In this document: positions 39,501-54,500 of the stretch, piece by piece
Layout: the number at the start of each line of letters is the position of its first letter
Position numbering within the stretch: the first letter of the stretch is position 1
DNA from: Nemertoderma westbladi
Taxonomy: Eukaryota; Animalia; Xenacoelomorpha
Direction: 5' to 3'
DNA length: 64,000 nt
NCBI GenBank assembly: GCA_032718475.1
Contig: JAUCBJ010009095.1
Span: 1-64,000 of the forward strand
Program-made: the position numbers and the translations under genes
Notes under the pieces: generated by a model
The model's input: only the letters and a program-made list of their open reading frames with translations
Told to the model about the DNA's origin: nothing
Database searches by the model: none

Positions 39501-42500
39501 NNNNNNNNNNNNNNNNNNNNNNNNNNNNNNNNNNNNNNNNNNNNNNNNNNNNATTCTTACCCATCAATGTAACAACTCCAGTAATAATAACAAATTCTTA
39601 CCCCTCAATGTAACAACTCCAGTAATAATAACAAATTCTTACCCCTCAATGTAACAACTCCAGTAATAATAACAAATTCTTACCCATCAATGTAACAACT
39701 CCAGTAATAATAACAAATTCTTACCCCTCAATGTAACAACTCCAGTAATAATAACAAATTCTTACCCATCAATGTAACAACTCCAGTAATAATAACAAAT
39801 TCTTACCCCTCAATGTAACAACTCCAGTAATAATAACAAATTCTTACCCCTCAATGTAACAACTCCAGTAATAATAACAAATTCTTACCCCTCAATGTAA
39901 CAACTCCAGTAATAATAACAAATTCTTACCCCTCAATGTAACAACTCCAGTAATAATAACAAATTCTTACCCCTCAATGTAACAACTCCAGTAATAATAA
40001 CAAATTCTTACCCCTCAATGTAACAACTCCAGTAATAATAACAAATTCTTACCCCTCAATGTAACAACTCCAGTAATAATAACAAATTCTTACCCCTCAA
40101 TGTAACAACTCCAGTAATAATAACAAATTCTTACCCCTCAATGTAACAACTCCAGTAATAATAACAAATTCTTACCCCTCAATGTAACAACTCCAGTAAT
40201 AATAACAAATTCTTACCCCTCAATGTAACAACTCCAGTAATAATAACAAATTCTTACCCCTCAATGTAACAACTCCAGTAATAATAACAAATTCTTACCC
40301 CTCAATGTAACAACTCCAGTAATAATAACAAATTCTTACCCCTCAATGTAACAACTCCAGTAATAATAACAAATTCTTACCCCTCAATGTAACAACTCCA
40401 GTAATAATAACAAATTCTTACCCCTCAATGTAACAACTCCAGTAATAATAACAAATTCTTACCCCTCAATGTAACAACTCCAGTAATAATAACAAATTCT
40501 TACCCCTCAATGTAACAACTCCAGTAATAATAACAAATTCTTACCCCTCAATGTAACAACTCCAGTAATAATAACAAATTCTTACCCCTCAATGTAACAA
40601 CTCCAGTAATAATAACAAATTCTTACCCCTCAATGTAACAACTCCAGTAATAATAACAAATTCTTACCCCTCAATGTAACAACTCCAGTAATAATAACAA
40701 ATTCTTACCCCTCAATGTAACAACTCCAGTAATAATAACAAATTCTTACCCCTCAATGTAACAACTCCAGTAATAATAACAAATTCTTACCCCTCAATGT
40801 AACAACTCCAGTAATAATAACAAATTCTTACCCCTCAATGTAACAACTCCAGTAATAATAACAAATTCTTACCCCTCAATGTAACAACTCCAGTAATAAT
40901 AACAAATTCTTACCCCTCAATGTAACAACTCCAGTAATAATAACAAATTCTTACCCCTCAATGTAACAACTCCAGTAATAATAACAAATTCTTACCCCTC
41001 AATGTAACAACTCCAGTAATAATAACAAATTCTTACCCCTCAATGTAACAACTCCAGTAATAATAACAAATTCTTACCCCTCAATGTAACAACTCCAGTA
41101 ATAATAACAAATTCTTACCCCTCAATGTAACAACTCCAGTAATAATAACAAATTCTTACCCCTCAATGTAACAACTCCAGTAATAATAACAAATTCTTAC
41201 CCATCAATGTAACAACTCCAGTAATAATAACAAATTCTTACCCCTCAATGTAACAACTCCAGTAATAATAACAAATTCTTACCCCTCAATGTAACAACTC
41301 CAGTAATAATAACAAATTCTTACCCCTCAATGTAACAACTCCAGTAATAATAACAAATTCTTACCCCTCAATGTAACAACTCCAGTAATAATAACAAATT
41401 CTTACCCCTCAATGTAACAACTCCAGTAATAATAACAAATTCTTACCCCTCAATGTAACAACTCCAGTAATAATAACAAATTCTTACCCCTCAATGTAAC
41501 AACTCCAGTAATAATAACAAATTCTTACCCCTCAATGTAACAACTCCAGTAATAATAACAAATTCTTACCCCTCAATGTAACAACTCCAGTAATAATAAC
41601 AAATTCTTACCCCTCAATGTAACAACTCCAGTAATAATAACAAATTCTTACCCCTCAATGTAACAACTCCAGTAATAATAACAAATTCTTACCCCTCAAT
41701 GTAACAACTCCAGTAATAATAACAAATTCTTACCCCTCAATGATAACAACTCCAGTAATAATAACAAATTCTTACCCCTCAATGTAACAACTCCAGTAAT
41801 AATAACAAATTCTTACCCCTCAATGTAACAACTCCAGTAATAATAACAAATTCTTACCCATCAATGTAACAACTCCAGTAATAATAACAAATTCTTACCC
41901 CTCAATGAACTAACAACTCCAGTAATAATAACAAATTCTTACCCCTCAATGTAACAACTCCAGTAATAATAACAAATTCTTACCCCTCAATGTAACAACT
42001 CCAGTAATAATAACAAATTCTTACCCCTCAATGTAACAACTCCAGTAATAATAACAAATTCTTACCCCTCAATGTAACAACTCCAGTAATAATAACAAAT
42101 TCTTACCCCTCAATGTAACAACTCCAGTAATAATAACAAATTCTTACCCCTCAATGTAACAACTCCAGTAATAATAACAAATTCTTACCCCTCAATGTAA
42201 CAACTCCAGTAATAATAACAAATTCTTACCCCTCAATGTAACAACTCCAGTAATAATAACAAATTCTTACCCCTCAATGTAACAACTCCAGTAATAATAA
42301 CAAATTCTTACCCCTCAATGTAACAACTCCAGTAATAATAACAAATTCTTACCCCTCAATGTAACAACTCCAGTAATAATAACAAATTCTTACCCCTCAA
42401 TGTAACAACTCCAGTAATAATAACAAATTCTTACCCCTCAATGTAACAACTCCAGTAATAATAACAAATTCTTACCCCTCAATGTAACAACTCCAGTAAT

Positions 42501-45500
42501 AATAACAAATTCTTACCCCTCAATGTAACAACTCCAGTAATAATAACAAATTCTTACCCCTCAATGTAACAACTCCAGTAATAATAACAAATTCTTACCC
42601 CTCAATGTAACAACTCCAGTAATAATAACAAATTCTTACCCCTCAATGTAACAACTCCAGTAATAATAACAAATTCTTACCCATCAATGTAACAACTCCA
42701 GTAATAATAACAAATTCTTACCCCTCAATGTAACAACTCCAGTAATAATAACAAATTCTTACCCCTCAATGTAACAACTCCAGTAATAATAACAAATTCT
42801 TACCCCTCAATGTAACAACTCCAGTAATAATAACAAATTCTTACCCATCAATGTAACAACTCCAGTAATAATAACAAATTCTTACCCCTCAATGTAACAA
42901 CTCCAGTAATAATAACAAATTCTTACCCCTCAATGTAACAACTCCAGTAATAATAACAAATTCTTACCCATCAATGTAACAACTCCAGTAATAATAACAA
43001 ATTCTTACCCCACAATGTAACAACTCCAGTAATAATAACAAATTCTTACCCCTCAATGTAACAACTCCAGTAATAATAACAAATTCTTACCCCTCAATGT
43101 AACAACTCCAGTAATAATAACAAATTCTTACCCCTCAATGTAACAACTCCAGTAATAATAACAAATTCTTACCCCTCAATGTAACAACTCCAGTAATAAT
43201 AACAAATTCTTACCCCTCAATGTAACAACTCCAGTAATAATAACAAATTCTTACCCCTCAATGTAACAACTCCAGTAATAATAACAAATTCTTACCCCTC
43301 AATGATAACAACTCCAGTAATAATAACAAATTCTTACCCATCAATGTAACAACTCCAGTAATAATAACAAATTCTTACCCCTCAATGTAACAACTCCAGT
43401 AATAATAACAAATTCTTACCCCTCAATGTAACAACTCCAGTAATAATAACAAATTCTTACCCCTCAATGTAACAACTCCAGTAATAATAACAAATTCTTA
43501 CCCCTCAATGTAACAACTCCAGTAATAATAACAAATTCTTACCCATCAATGTAACAACTCCAGTAATAATAACAAATTCTTACCCCTCAATGTAACAACT
43601 CCAGTAATAATAACAAATTCTTACCCATCAATGTAACAACTCCAGTAATAATAACAAATTCTTACCCCTCAATGTAACAACTCCAGTAATAATAACAAAT
43701 TCTTACCCCTCAATGTAACAACTCCAGTAATAATAACAAATTCTTACCCCTCAATGTAACAACTCCAGTAATAATAACAAATTCTTACCCCTCAATGTAA
43801 CAACTCCAGTAATAATAACAAATTCTTACCCCTCAATGTAACAACTCCAGTAATAATAACAAATTCTTACCCCTCAATGTAACAACTCCAGTAATAATAA
43901 CAAATTCTTACCCCTCAATGTAACAACTCCAGTAATAATAACAAATTCTTACCCCTCAATATAACAACTCCAGTAATAATAACAAATTCTTACCCCTCAA
44001 TGTAACAACTCCAGTAATAATAACAAATTCTTACCCCTCAATGTAACAACTCCAGTAATAATAACAAATTCTTACCCCTCAATGTAACAACTCCAGTAAT
44101 AATAACAAATTCTTACCCCTCAATGTAACAACTCCAGTAATAATAACAAATTCTTACCCCTCAATGTAACAACTCCAGTAATAATAACAAATTCTTACCC
44201 CTCAATGTAACAACTCCAGTAATAATAACAAATTCTTACCCCTCAATGTAACAACTCCAGTAATAATAACAAATTCTTACCCCTCAATGTAACAACTCCA
44301 GTAATAATAACAAATTCTTACCCCTCAATGTAACAACTCCAGTAATAATAACAAATTCTTACCCCTCAATGTAACAACTCCAGTAATAATAACAAATTCT
44401 TACCCCTCAATGTAACAACTCCAGTAATAATAACAAATTCTTACCCCTCAATGTAACAACTCCAGTAATAATAACAAATTCTTACCCCTCAATGTAACAA
44501 CTCCAGTAATAATAACAAATTCTTACCCCTCAATGTAACAACTCCAGTAATAATAACAAATTCTTACCCCTCAATGTAACAACTCCAGTAATAATAACAA
44601 ATTCTTACCCCTCAATGTAACAACTCCAGTAATAATAACAAATTCTTACCCCTCAATGTAACAACTCCAGTAATAATAACAAATTCTTACCCCTCAATGT
44701 AACAACTCCAGTAATAATAACAAATTCTTACCCCTCAATGTAACAACTCCAGTAATAATAACAAATTCTTACCCCTCAATGTAACAACTCCAGTAATAAT
44801 AACAAATTCTTACCCCTCAATGTAACAACTCCAGTAATAATAACAAATTCTTACCCCTCAATGTAACAACTCCAGTAATAATAACAAATTCTTACCCCTC
44901 AATGTAACAACTCCAGTAATAATAACAAATTCTTACCCCTCAATGTAACAACTCCAGTAATAATAACAAATTCTTACCCCTCAATGTAACAACTCCAGTA
45001 ATAATAACAAATTCTTACCCATCAATGTAACTAACAACTCCAGTAATAATAACAAATTCTTACCCCTCAATGTAACAACTCCAGTAATAATAACAAATTC
45101 TTACCCATCAATGTAACTAACAACTCCAGTAATAATAACAAATTCTTACCCCTCAATGTAACAACTCCAGTAATAATAACAAATTCTTACCCCACAATGT
45201 AACAACTCCAGTAATAATAACAAATTCTTACCCTCAATATAACAACTCCAGTAATAATAACAAATTCTTACCCCTCAATGTAACAACTCCAGTAATAATA
45301 ACAAATTCTTACCCCACAATGTAACAACTCCAGTAATAATAACAAATTCTTACCCTCAATATAACAACTCCAGTAATAATAACAAATTCTTACCCCACAA
45401 TGTAACAACTCCAATAATAATAACAAATTCTTACCCCTCCATGTAACAACTCCAGTAATAATAACAAATTCTTACCCATCAATGTAACAACTCCAATAAT

Positions 45501-48500
45501 AATAACAAATTCTTACCCCTCAATGTAACAACTCCAATAATAATAACAAATACTTACCCCTCAATGTAACAACTCCAGTAATAATAACAAATTCTTACCC
45601 CACAATGTAACAACTCCAGTAATAATAACAAATTCTTACCCATCAATGTAACAACTCCAGTAATAATAACAAATTCTTACCCATCAATGTAACAACTCCA
45701 ATAATAATAACAAATTCTTACCCCTCAATGTAACAACTCCAATAATAATAACAAATACTTACCCCTCAATGTAACAACTCCAGTAATAATAACAAATTCT
45801 TACCCCTCAATGTAACAACTCCAATAATAATAACAAATTCTTACCCCTCAATGTAACAACTCCAGTAATAATAACAAATTCTTACCCCTCAATGTAACAA
45901 CTCCAGTAATAATAACAAATTCTTACCCCTCAATGTAACAACTCCAGTAATAATAACAAATTCTTACCCCTCAATGTAACAACTCCAGTAATAATAACAA
46001 ATTCTTACCCCTCAATGTAACAACTCCAGTAATAATAACAAATTCTTACCCATCAATGTAACAACTCCAGTAATAATAACAAATTCTTACCCCTCAATGT
46101 AACAACTCCAGTAATAATAACAAATTCTTACCCCTCAATGTAACAACTCCAGTAATAATAACAAATTCTTACCCCTCAATGTAACAACTCCAGTAATAAT
46201 AACAAATTCTTACCCCTCAATGTAACAACTCCAGTAATAATAACAAATTCTTACCCCTCAATGTAACAACTCCAGTAATAATAACAAATTCTTACCCCAC
46301 AATGTAACAACTCCAGTAATAATAACAAATTCTTACCCCTCAATGTAACAACTCCAGTAATAATAACAAATTCTTACCCCTCAATGTAACAACTCCAGTA
46401 ATAATAACAAATTCTTACCCCTCAATGTAACAACTCCAGTAATAATAACAAATTCTTACCCCTCAATGTAACAACTCCAGTAATAATAACAAATTCTTAC
46501 CCCTCAATGTAACTAACAACTCCAGTAATAATAACAAATTCTTACCCCACAATGTAACAACTCCAGTAATAATAACAAATTCTTACCCCTCAATGTAACA
46601 ACTCCAGTAATAATAACAAATTCTTACCCCTCAATGTAACAACTCCAGTAAAGATAACAAATTCTTACCCCTCAATGTAACAACTCCAGTAATAATAACA
46701 AATTCTTACCCCTCAATGTAACAACTCCAGTAATAATAACAAATTCTTACCCCTCAATGTAACAACTCCAGTAATAATAACAAATTCTTACCCCTCAATG
46801 TAACAACTCCAGTAATAATAACAAATTCTTACCCCTCAATGTAACAACTCCAGTAATAATAACAAATTCTTACCCCTCAATGTAACAACTCCAGTAATAA
46901 TAACAAATTCTTACCCCTCAATGTAACAACTCCAGTAATAATAACAAATTCTTACCCCTCAATGTAACAACTCCAGTAATAATAACAAATTCTTACCCCT
47001 CAATGTAACAACTCCAGTAATAATAACAAATTCTTACCCCACAATGTAACAACTCCAGTAATAATAACAAATTCTTACCCCTCAATGTAACAACTCCAGT
47101 AATAATAACAAATTCTTACCCCTCAATGTAACAACTCCAGTAATAATAACAAATTCTTACCCCTCAATGTAACAACTCCAGTAATAATAACAAATTCTTA
47201 CCCCTCAATGTAACAACTCCAGTAATAATAACAAATTCTTACCCCTCAATGTAACAACTCCAGTAATAATAACAAATTCTTACCCCTCAATGTAACAACT
47301 CCAGTAATAATAACAAATTCTTACCCCTCAATGTAACAACTCCAATAATAATAACAAATTCTTACCCCTCAATGTAACAACTCCAGTAATAATAACAAAT
47401 TCTTACCCCTCAATGTAACTAACAACTCCAGTAATAATAACAAATTCTTACCCCACAATGTAACAACTCCAGTAATAATAACAAATTCTTACCCCTCAAT
47501 GTAACAACTCCAGTAATAATAACAAATTCTTACCCCTCAATGTAACAACTCCAGTAATAATAACAAATTCTTACCCCTCAATGTAACAACTCCAGTAATA
47601 ATAACAAATTCTTACCCCTCAATATAACAACTCCAGTAATAATAACAAATTCTTACCCCTCAATGTAACAACTCCAATAATAATAACAAATTCTTACCCC
47701 TCAATGTAACAACTCCAGTAATAATAACAAATTCTTACCCCTCAATGTAACAACTCCAGTAATAATAACAAATTCTTACCCCTCAATGTAACAACTCCAG
47801 TAATAATAACAAATTCTTACCCCTCAATGTAACAACTCCAGTAATAATAACAAATTCTTACCCCTCAATATAACAACTCCAGTAATAATAACAAATTCTT
47901 ACCCCTCAATATAACAACTCCAGTAATAATAACAAATTCTTACCCCTCAATGTAACAACTCCAATAATAATAACAAATTCTTACCCCTCAATGTAACAAC
48001 TCCAGTAATAATAACAAATTCTTACCCCTCAATGTAACTAACAACTCCAGTAATAATAACAAATTCTTACCCCACAATGTAACAACTCCAGTAATAATAA
48101 CAAATTCTTACCCCTCAATGTAACAACTCCAGTAATAATAACAAATTCTTACCCCTCAATGTAACAACTCCAGTAATAATAACAAATTCTTACCCCTCAA
48201 TGTAACAACTCCAGTAATAATAACAAATTCTTACCCCACAATGTAACAACTCCAGTAATAATAACAAATTCTTACCCCTCAATGTAACAACTCCAGTAAT
48301 AATAACAAATTCTTACCCCTCAATGTAACAACTCCAGTAATAATAACAAATTCTTACCCCTCAATGTAACAACTCCAGTAATAATAACAAATTCTTACCC
48401 CTCAATGTAACAACTCCAGTAATAATAACAAATTCTTACCCCTCAATGTAACAACTCCAGTAATAATAACAAATTCTTACCCCTCAATGTAACAACTCCA

Positions 48501-51500
48501 ATAATAATAACAAATTCTTACCCCTCAATGTAACAACTCCAGTAATAATAACAAATTCTTACCCATCAATGTAACAACTCCAATAATAATAACAAATTCT
48601 TACCCATCAATGTAACTAACAACTCCAGTAATAATAACAAATTCTTACCCATCAATGTAACAACTCCAATAATAATAACAAATTCTTACCCCTCAATGTA
48701 ACAACTCCAATAATAATAACAAATTCTTACCCCTCCATGTAACAACTCCAGTAATAATAACAAATTCTTACCCATCAATGTAACAACTCCAATAATAATA
48801 ACAAATTCTTACCCCTCCATGTAACAACTCCAGTAATAATAACAAATTCTTACCCCTCAATGTAACAACTCCAGTAATAATAACAAATTCTTACCCATCA
48901 ATGTAACAACTCCAATAATAATAACAAATTCTTACCCATCAATGTAACTAACAACTCCAGTAATAATAACAAATTCTTACCCCTCAATGTAACAACTCCA
49001 GTAATAATAACAAATTCTTACCCCACAATGTAACAACTCCAGTAATAATAACAAATTCTTACCCCTCAATATAACAACTCCAGTAATAATAACAAATTCT
49101 TACCCCTCAATGTAACAACTCCAGTAATAATAACAAATTCTTACCCCTCAATGTAACAACTCCAGTAATAATAACAAATTCTTACCCATCAATGTAACAA
49201 CTCCAGTAATAATAACAAATTCTTACCCATCAATGTAACAACTCCAATAATAATAACAAATTCTTACCCCTCAATGTAACAACTCCAATAATAATAACAA
49301 ATTCTTACCCATCAATGTAACTAACAACTCCAGTAATAATAACAAATTCTTACCCCTCAATGTAACAACTCCAGTAATAATAACAAATTCTTACCCCTCA
49401 ATGTAACAACTCCAGTAATAATAACAAATTCTTACCCATCAATGTAACAACTCCAATAATAATAACAAATTCTTACCCATCAATGTAACTAACAACTCCA
49501 GTAATAATAACAAATTCTTACCCCTCAATGTAACAACTCCAGTAATAATAACAAATTCTTACCCCTCAATATAACAACTCCAGTAATAATAACAAATTCT
49601 TACCCATCAATGTAACAACTCCAATAATAATAACAAATTCTTACCCCTCAATGTAACAACTCCAATAATAATAACAAATTCTTACCCATCAATGTAACAA
49701 CTCCAATAATAATAACAAATTCTTACCCATCAATGTAACTAACAACTCCAATAATAATAACAAATTCTTACCCCTCCATGTAACAACTCCAGTAATAATA
49801 ACAAATTCTTACCCGACAATGTAACAACTCCAATAATAATAACAAATTCTTACCCATCAATGTAACTAACAACTCCAGTAATAATAACAAATTCTTACCC
49901 CTCAATGTAACAACTCCAGTAATAATAACAAATTCTTACCCCTCAATATAACAACTCCAGTAATAATAACAAATTCTTACCCATCAATGTAACAACTCCA
50001 ATAATAATAACAAATTCTTACCCCTCAATGTAACAACTCCAGTAATAATAACAAATTCTTACCCCTCAATATAACAACTCCAGTAATAATAACAAATTCT
50101 TACCCATCAATGTAACAACTCCATAATAATAACAAATTCTTACCCATCAATGTAACAACTCCAGTAATAATAACAAATTCTTACCCCTCAATGTAACAAC
50201 TCCAGTAATAATAACAAATTCTTACCCCACAATGTAACAACTCCAGTAATAATAACAAATTCTTACCCCTCAATGTAACAACTCCAGTAATAATAACAAA
50301 TTCTTACCCCACAATGTAACAACTCCAGTAATAATAACAAATTCTTACCCCTCAATGTAACAACTCCAGTAATAATAACAAATTCTTACCCCACAATGTA
50401 ACAACTCCAGTAATAATAACAAATTCTTACCCCTCAATATAACAACTCCAGTAATAATAACAAATTCTTACCCCTCAATGTAACAACTCCAGTAATAATA
50501 ACAAATTCTTACCCCACAATGTAACAACTCCAGTAATAATAACAAATTCTTACCCATCAATGTAACAACTCCAATAATAATAACAAATTCTTACCCCTCA
50601 ATGTAACAACTCCAATAATAATAACAAATTCTTACCCCTCCATGTAACAACTCCAGTAATAATAACAAATTCTTACCCATCAATGTAACAACTCCAATAA
50701 TAATAACAAATTCTTACCCCTCCATGTAACAACTCCAGTAATAATAACAAATTCTTACCCATCAATGTAACAACTCCAATAATAATAACAAATTCTTACC
50801 CCTCAATGTAACAACTCCAGTAATAATAACAAATTCTTACCCCTCAATGTAACAACTCCAGTAATAATAACAAATTCTTACCCCACAATGTAACAACTCC
50901 AGTAATAATAACAAATTCTTACCCCTCAATGTAACAACTCCAGTAATAATAACAAATTCTTACCCCTCAATGTAACAACTCCAGTAATAATAACAAATTC
51001 TTACCCCTCAATGTAACAACTCCAGTAATAATAACAAATTCTTACCCCTCAATGTAACAACTCCAGTAATAATAACAAATTCTTACCCCTCAATGTAACA
51101 ACTCCAGTAATAATAACAAATTCTTACCCCTCAATGTAACAACTCCAGTAATAATAACAAATTCTTACCCCTCAATGTAACAACTCCAGTAATAATAACA
51201 AATTCTTACCCCTCAATGTAACAACACCAGTAATAATAACAAATTCTTACCCATCAATGTAACAACTCCAGTAATAATAACAAATTCTTACCCCTCAATG
51301 TAACAACACCAGTAATAATAACAAATTCTTACCCATCAATGTAACAACTCCAGTAATAATAACAAATTCTTACCCATCAATGTAACAACTCCAGTAATAA
51401 TAACAAATTCTTACCCCTCAATGTAACAACTCCAGTAATAATAACAAATTCTTACCCCTCAATGTAACAACTCCAGTAATAATAACAAATTCTTACCCCT

Positions 51501-54500
51501 CAATGTAACAACTCCAGTAATAATAACAAATTCTTACCCATCAATGTAACAACTCCAGTAATAATAACAAATTCTTACCCCTCAATGTAACAACTCCAGT
51601 AATAATAACAAATTCTTACCCATCAATGTAACAACTCCAGTAATAATAACAAATTCTTACCCCTCAATGTAACAACTCCAGTAATAATAACAAATTCTTA
51701 CCCATCAATGTAACAACTCCAGTAATAATAACAAATTCTTACCCCTCAATGTAACAACTCCAGTAATAATAACAAATTCTTACCCCTCAATGTAACAACT
51801 CCAGTAATAATAACAAATTCTTACCCCTCAATGTAACAACTCCAGTAATAATAACAAATTCTTACCCCTCAATGTAACAACTCCAGTAATAATAACAAAT
51901 TCTTACCCCTCAATGTAACAACTCCAGTAATAATAACAAATTCTTACCCCTCAATGTAACAACTCCAGTAATAATAACAAATTCTTACCCCTCAATGTAA
52001 CAACTCCAGTAATAATAACAAATTCTTACCCCTCAATGTAACAACTCCAGTAATAATAACAAATTCTTACCCCTCAATGTAACAACTCCAGTAATAATAA
52101 CAAATTCTTACCCCTCAATGTAACAACTCCAGTAATAATAACAAATTCTTACCCCTCAATGTAACAACTCCAGTAATAATAACAAATTCTTACCCATCAA
52201 TGTAACAACTCCAGTAATAATAACAAATTCTTACCCCTCAATGTAACAACTCCAGTAATAATAACAAATTCTTACCCCTCAATGTAACAACTCCAGTAAT
52301 AATAACAAATTCTTACCCCTCAATGTAACAACTCCAGTAATAATAACAAATTCTTACCCCTCAATGTAACAACTCCAGTAATAATAACAAATTCTTACCC
52401 CTCAATGTAACAACTCCAGTAATAATAACAAATTCTTACCCCTCAATGTAACAACTCCAGTAATAATAACAAATTCTTACCCCTCAATGTAACAACTCCA
52501 GTAATAATAACAAATTCTTACCCCTCAATGTAACAACTCCAGTAATAATAACAAATTCTTACCCCTCAATGTAACAACTCCAGTAATAATAACAAATTCT
52601 TACCCATCAATGTAACAACTCCAGTAATAATAACAAATTCTTACCCCTCAATGTAACAACTCCAGTAATAATAACAAATTCTTACCCCTCAATGTAACAA
52701 CTCCAGTAATAATAACAAATTCTTACCCCTCAATGTAACAACTCCAGTAATAATAACAAATTCTTACCCATCAATGTAACAACTCCAGTAATAATAACAA
52801 ATTCTTACCCCTCAATGTAACAACTCCAGTAATAATAACAAATTCTTACCCCTCAATGTAACAACTCCAGTAATAATAACAAATTCTTACCCCTCAATGT
52901 AACAACTCCAGTAATAATAACAAATTCTTACCCCTCAATGTAACAACTCCAGTAATAATAACAAATTCTTACCCCTCAATGTAACAACTCCAGTAATAAT
53001 AACAAATTCTTACCCCTCAATGTAACAACTCCAGTAATAATAACAAATTCTTACCCCTCAATGTAACAACTCCAGTAATAATAACAAATTCTTACCCCTC
53101 AATGTAACAACTCCAGTAATAATAACAAATTCTTACCCCTCAATGTAACAACTCCAGTAATAATAACAAATTCTTACCCCTCAATGTAACAACTCCAGTA
53201 ATAATAACAAATTCTTACCCCTCAATGTAACAACTCCAGTAATAATAACAAATTCTTACCCATCAATGTAACAACTCCAGTAATAATAACAAATTCTTAC
53301 CCCTCAATGTAACAACTCCAGTAATAATAACAAATTCTTACCCCTCAATATAACAACTCCAGTAATAATAACAAATTCTTACCCCTCAATGATAACAACT
53401 CCAGTAATAATAACAAATTCTTACCCCTCAATGACTAACAACTCCAGTAATAATAACAAATTCTTACCCCTCAATGTAACAACTCCAGTAATAATAACAA
53501 ATTCTTACCCCTCAATGTAACAACTCCAGTAATAATAACAAATTCTTACCCCTCAATGTAACAACTCCAGTAATAATAACAAATTCTTACCCATCAATGT
53601 AACAACTCCAGTAATAATAACAAATTCTTACCCCTCAATGTAACAACTCCAGTAATAATAACAAATTCTTACCCCTCAATGTAACAACTCCAGTAATAAT
53701 AACAAATTCTTACCCCTCAATGTAACAACTCCAGTAATAATAACAAATTCTTACCCCTCAATGTAACAACTCCAGTAATAATAACAAATTCTTACCCCTC
53801 AATGTAACAACTCCAGTAATAATAACAAATTCTTACCCCTCAATGTAACAACTCCAGTAATAATAACAAATTCTTACCCCTCAATGTAACAACTCCAGTA
53901 ATAATAACAAATTCTTACCCCTCAATGTAACAACTCCAGTAATAATAACAAATTCTTACCCCTCAATGTAACAACTCCAGTAATAATAACAAATTCTTAC
54001 CCCTCAATGTAACAACTCCAGTAATAATAACAAATTCTTACCCATCAATGTAACAACTCCAGTAATAATAACAAATTCTTACCCCTCAATGTAACAACTC
54101 CAGTAATAATAACAAATTCTTACCCCTCAATGTAACAACTCCAGTAATAATAACAAATTCTTACCCCTCAATGTAACAACTCCAGTAATAATAACAAATT
54201 CTTACCCCTCAATGTAACAACTCCAGTAATAATAACAAATTCTTACCCCTCAATGTAACAACTCCAGTAATAATAACAAATTCTTACCCCTCAATGTAAC
54301 AACTCCAGTAATAATAACAAATTCTTACCCCTCAATGTAACAACTCCAGTAATAATAACAAATTCTTACCCCTCAATGTAACAACTCCAGTAATAATAAC
54401 AAATTCTTACCCCTCAATGTAACAACTCCAGTAATAATAACAAATTCTTACCCCTCAATGTAACAACTCCAGTAATAATAACAAATTCTTACCCCTCAAT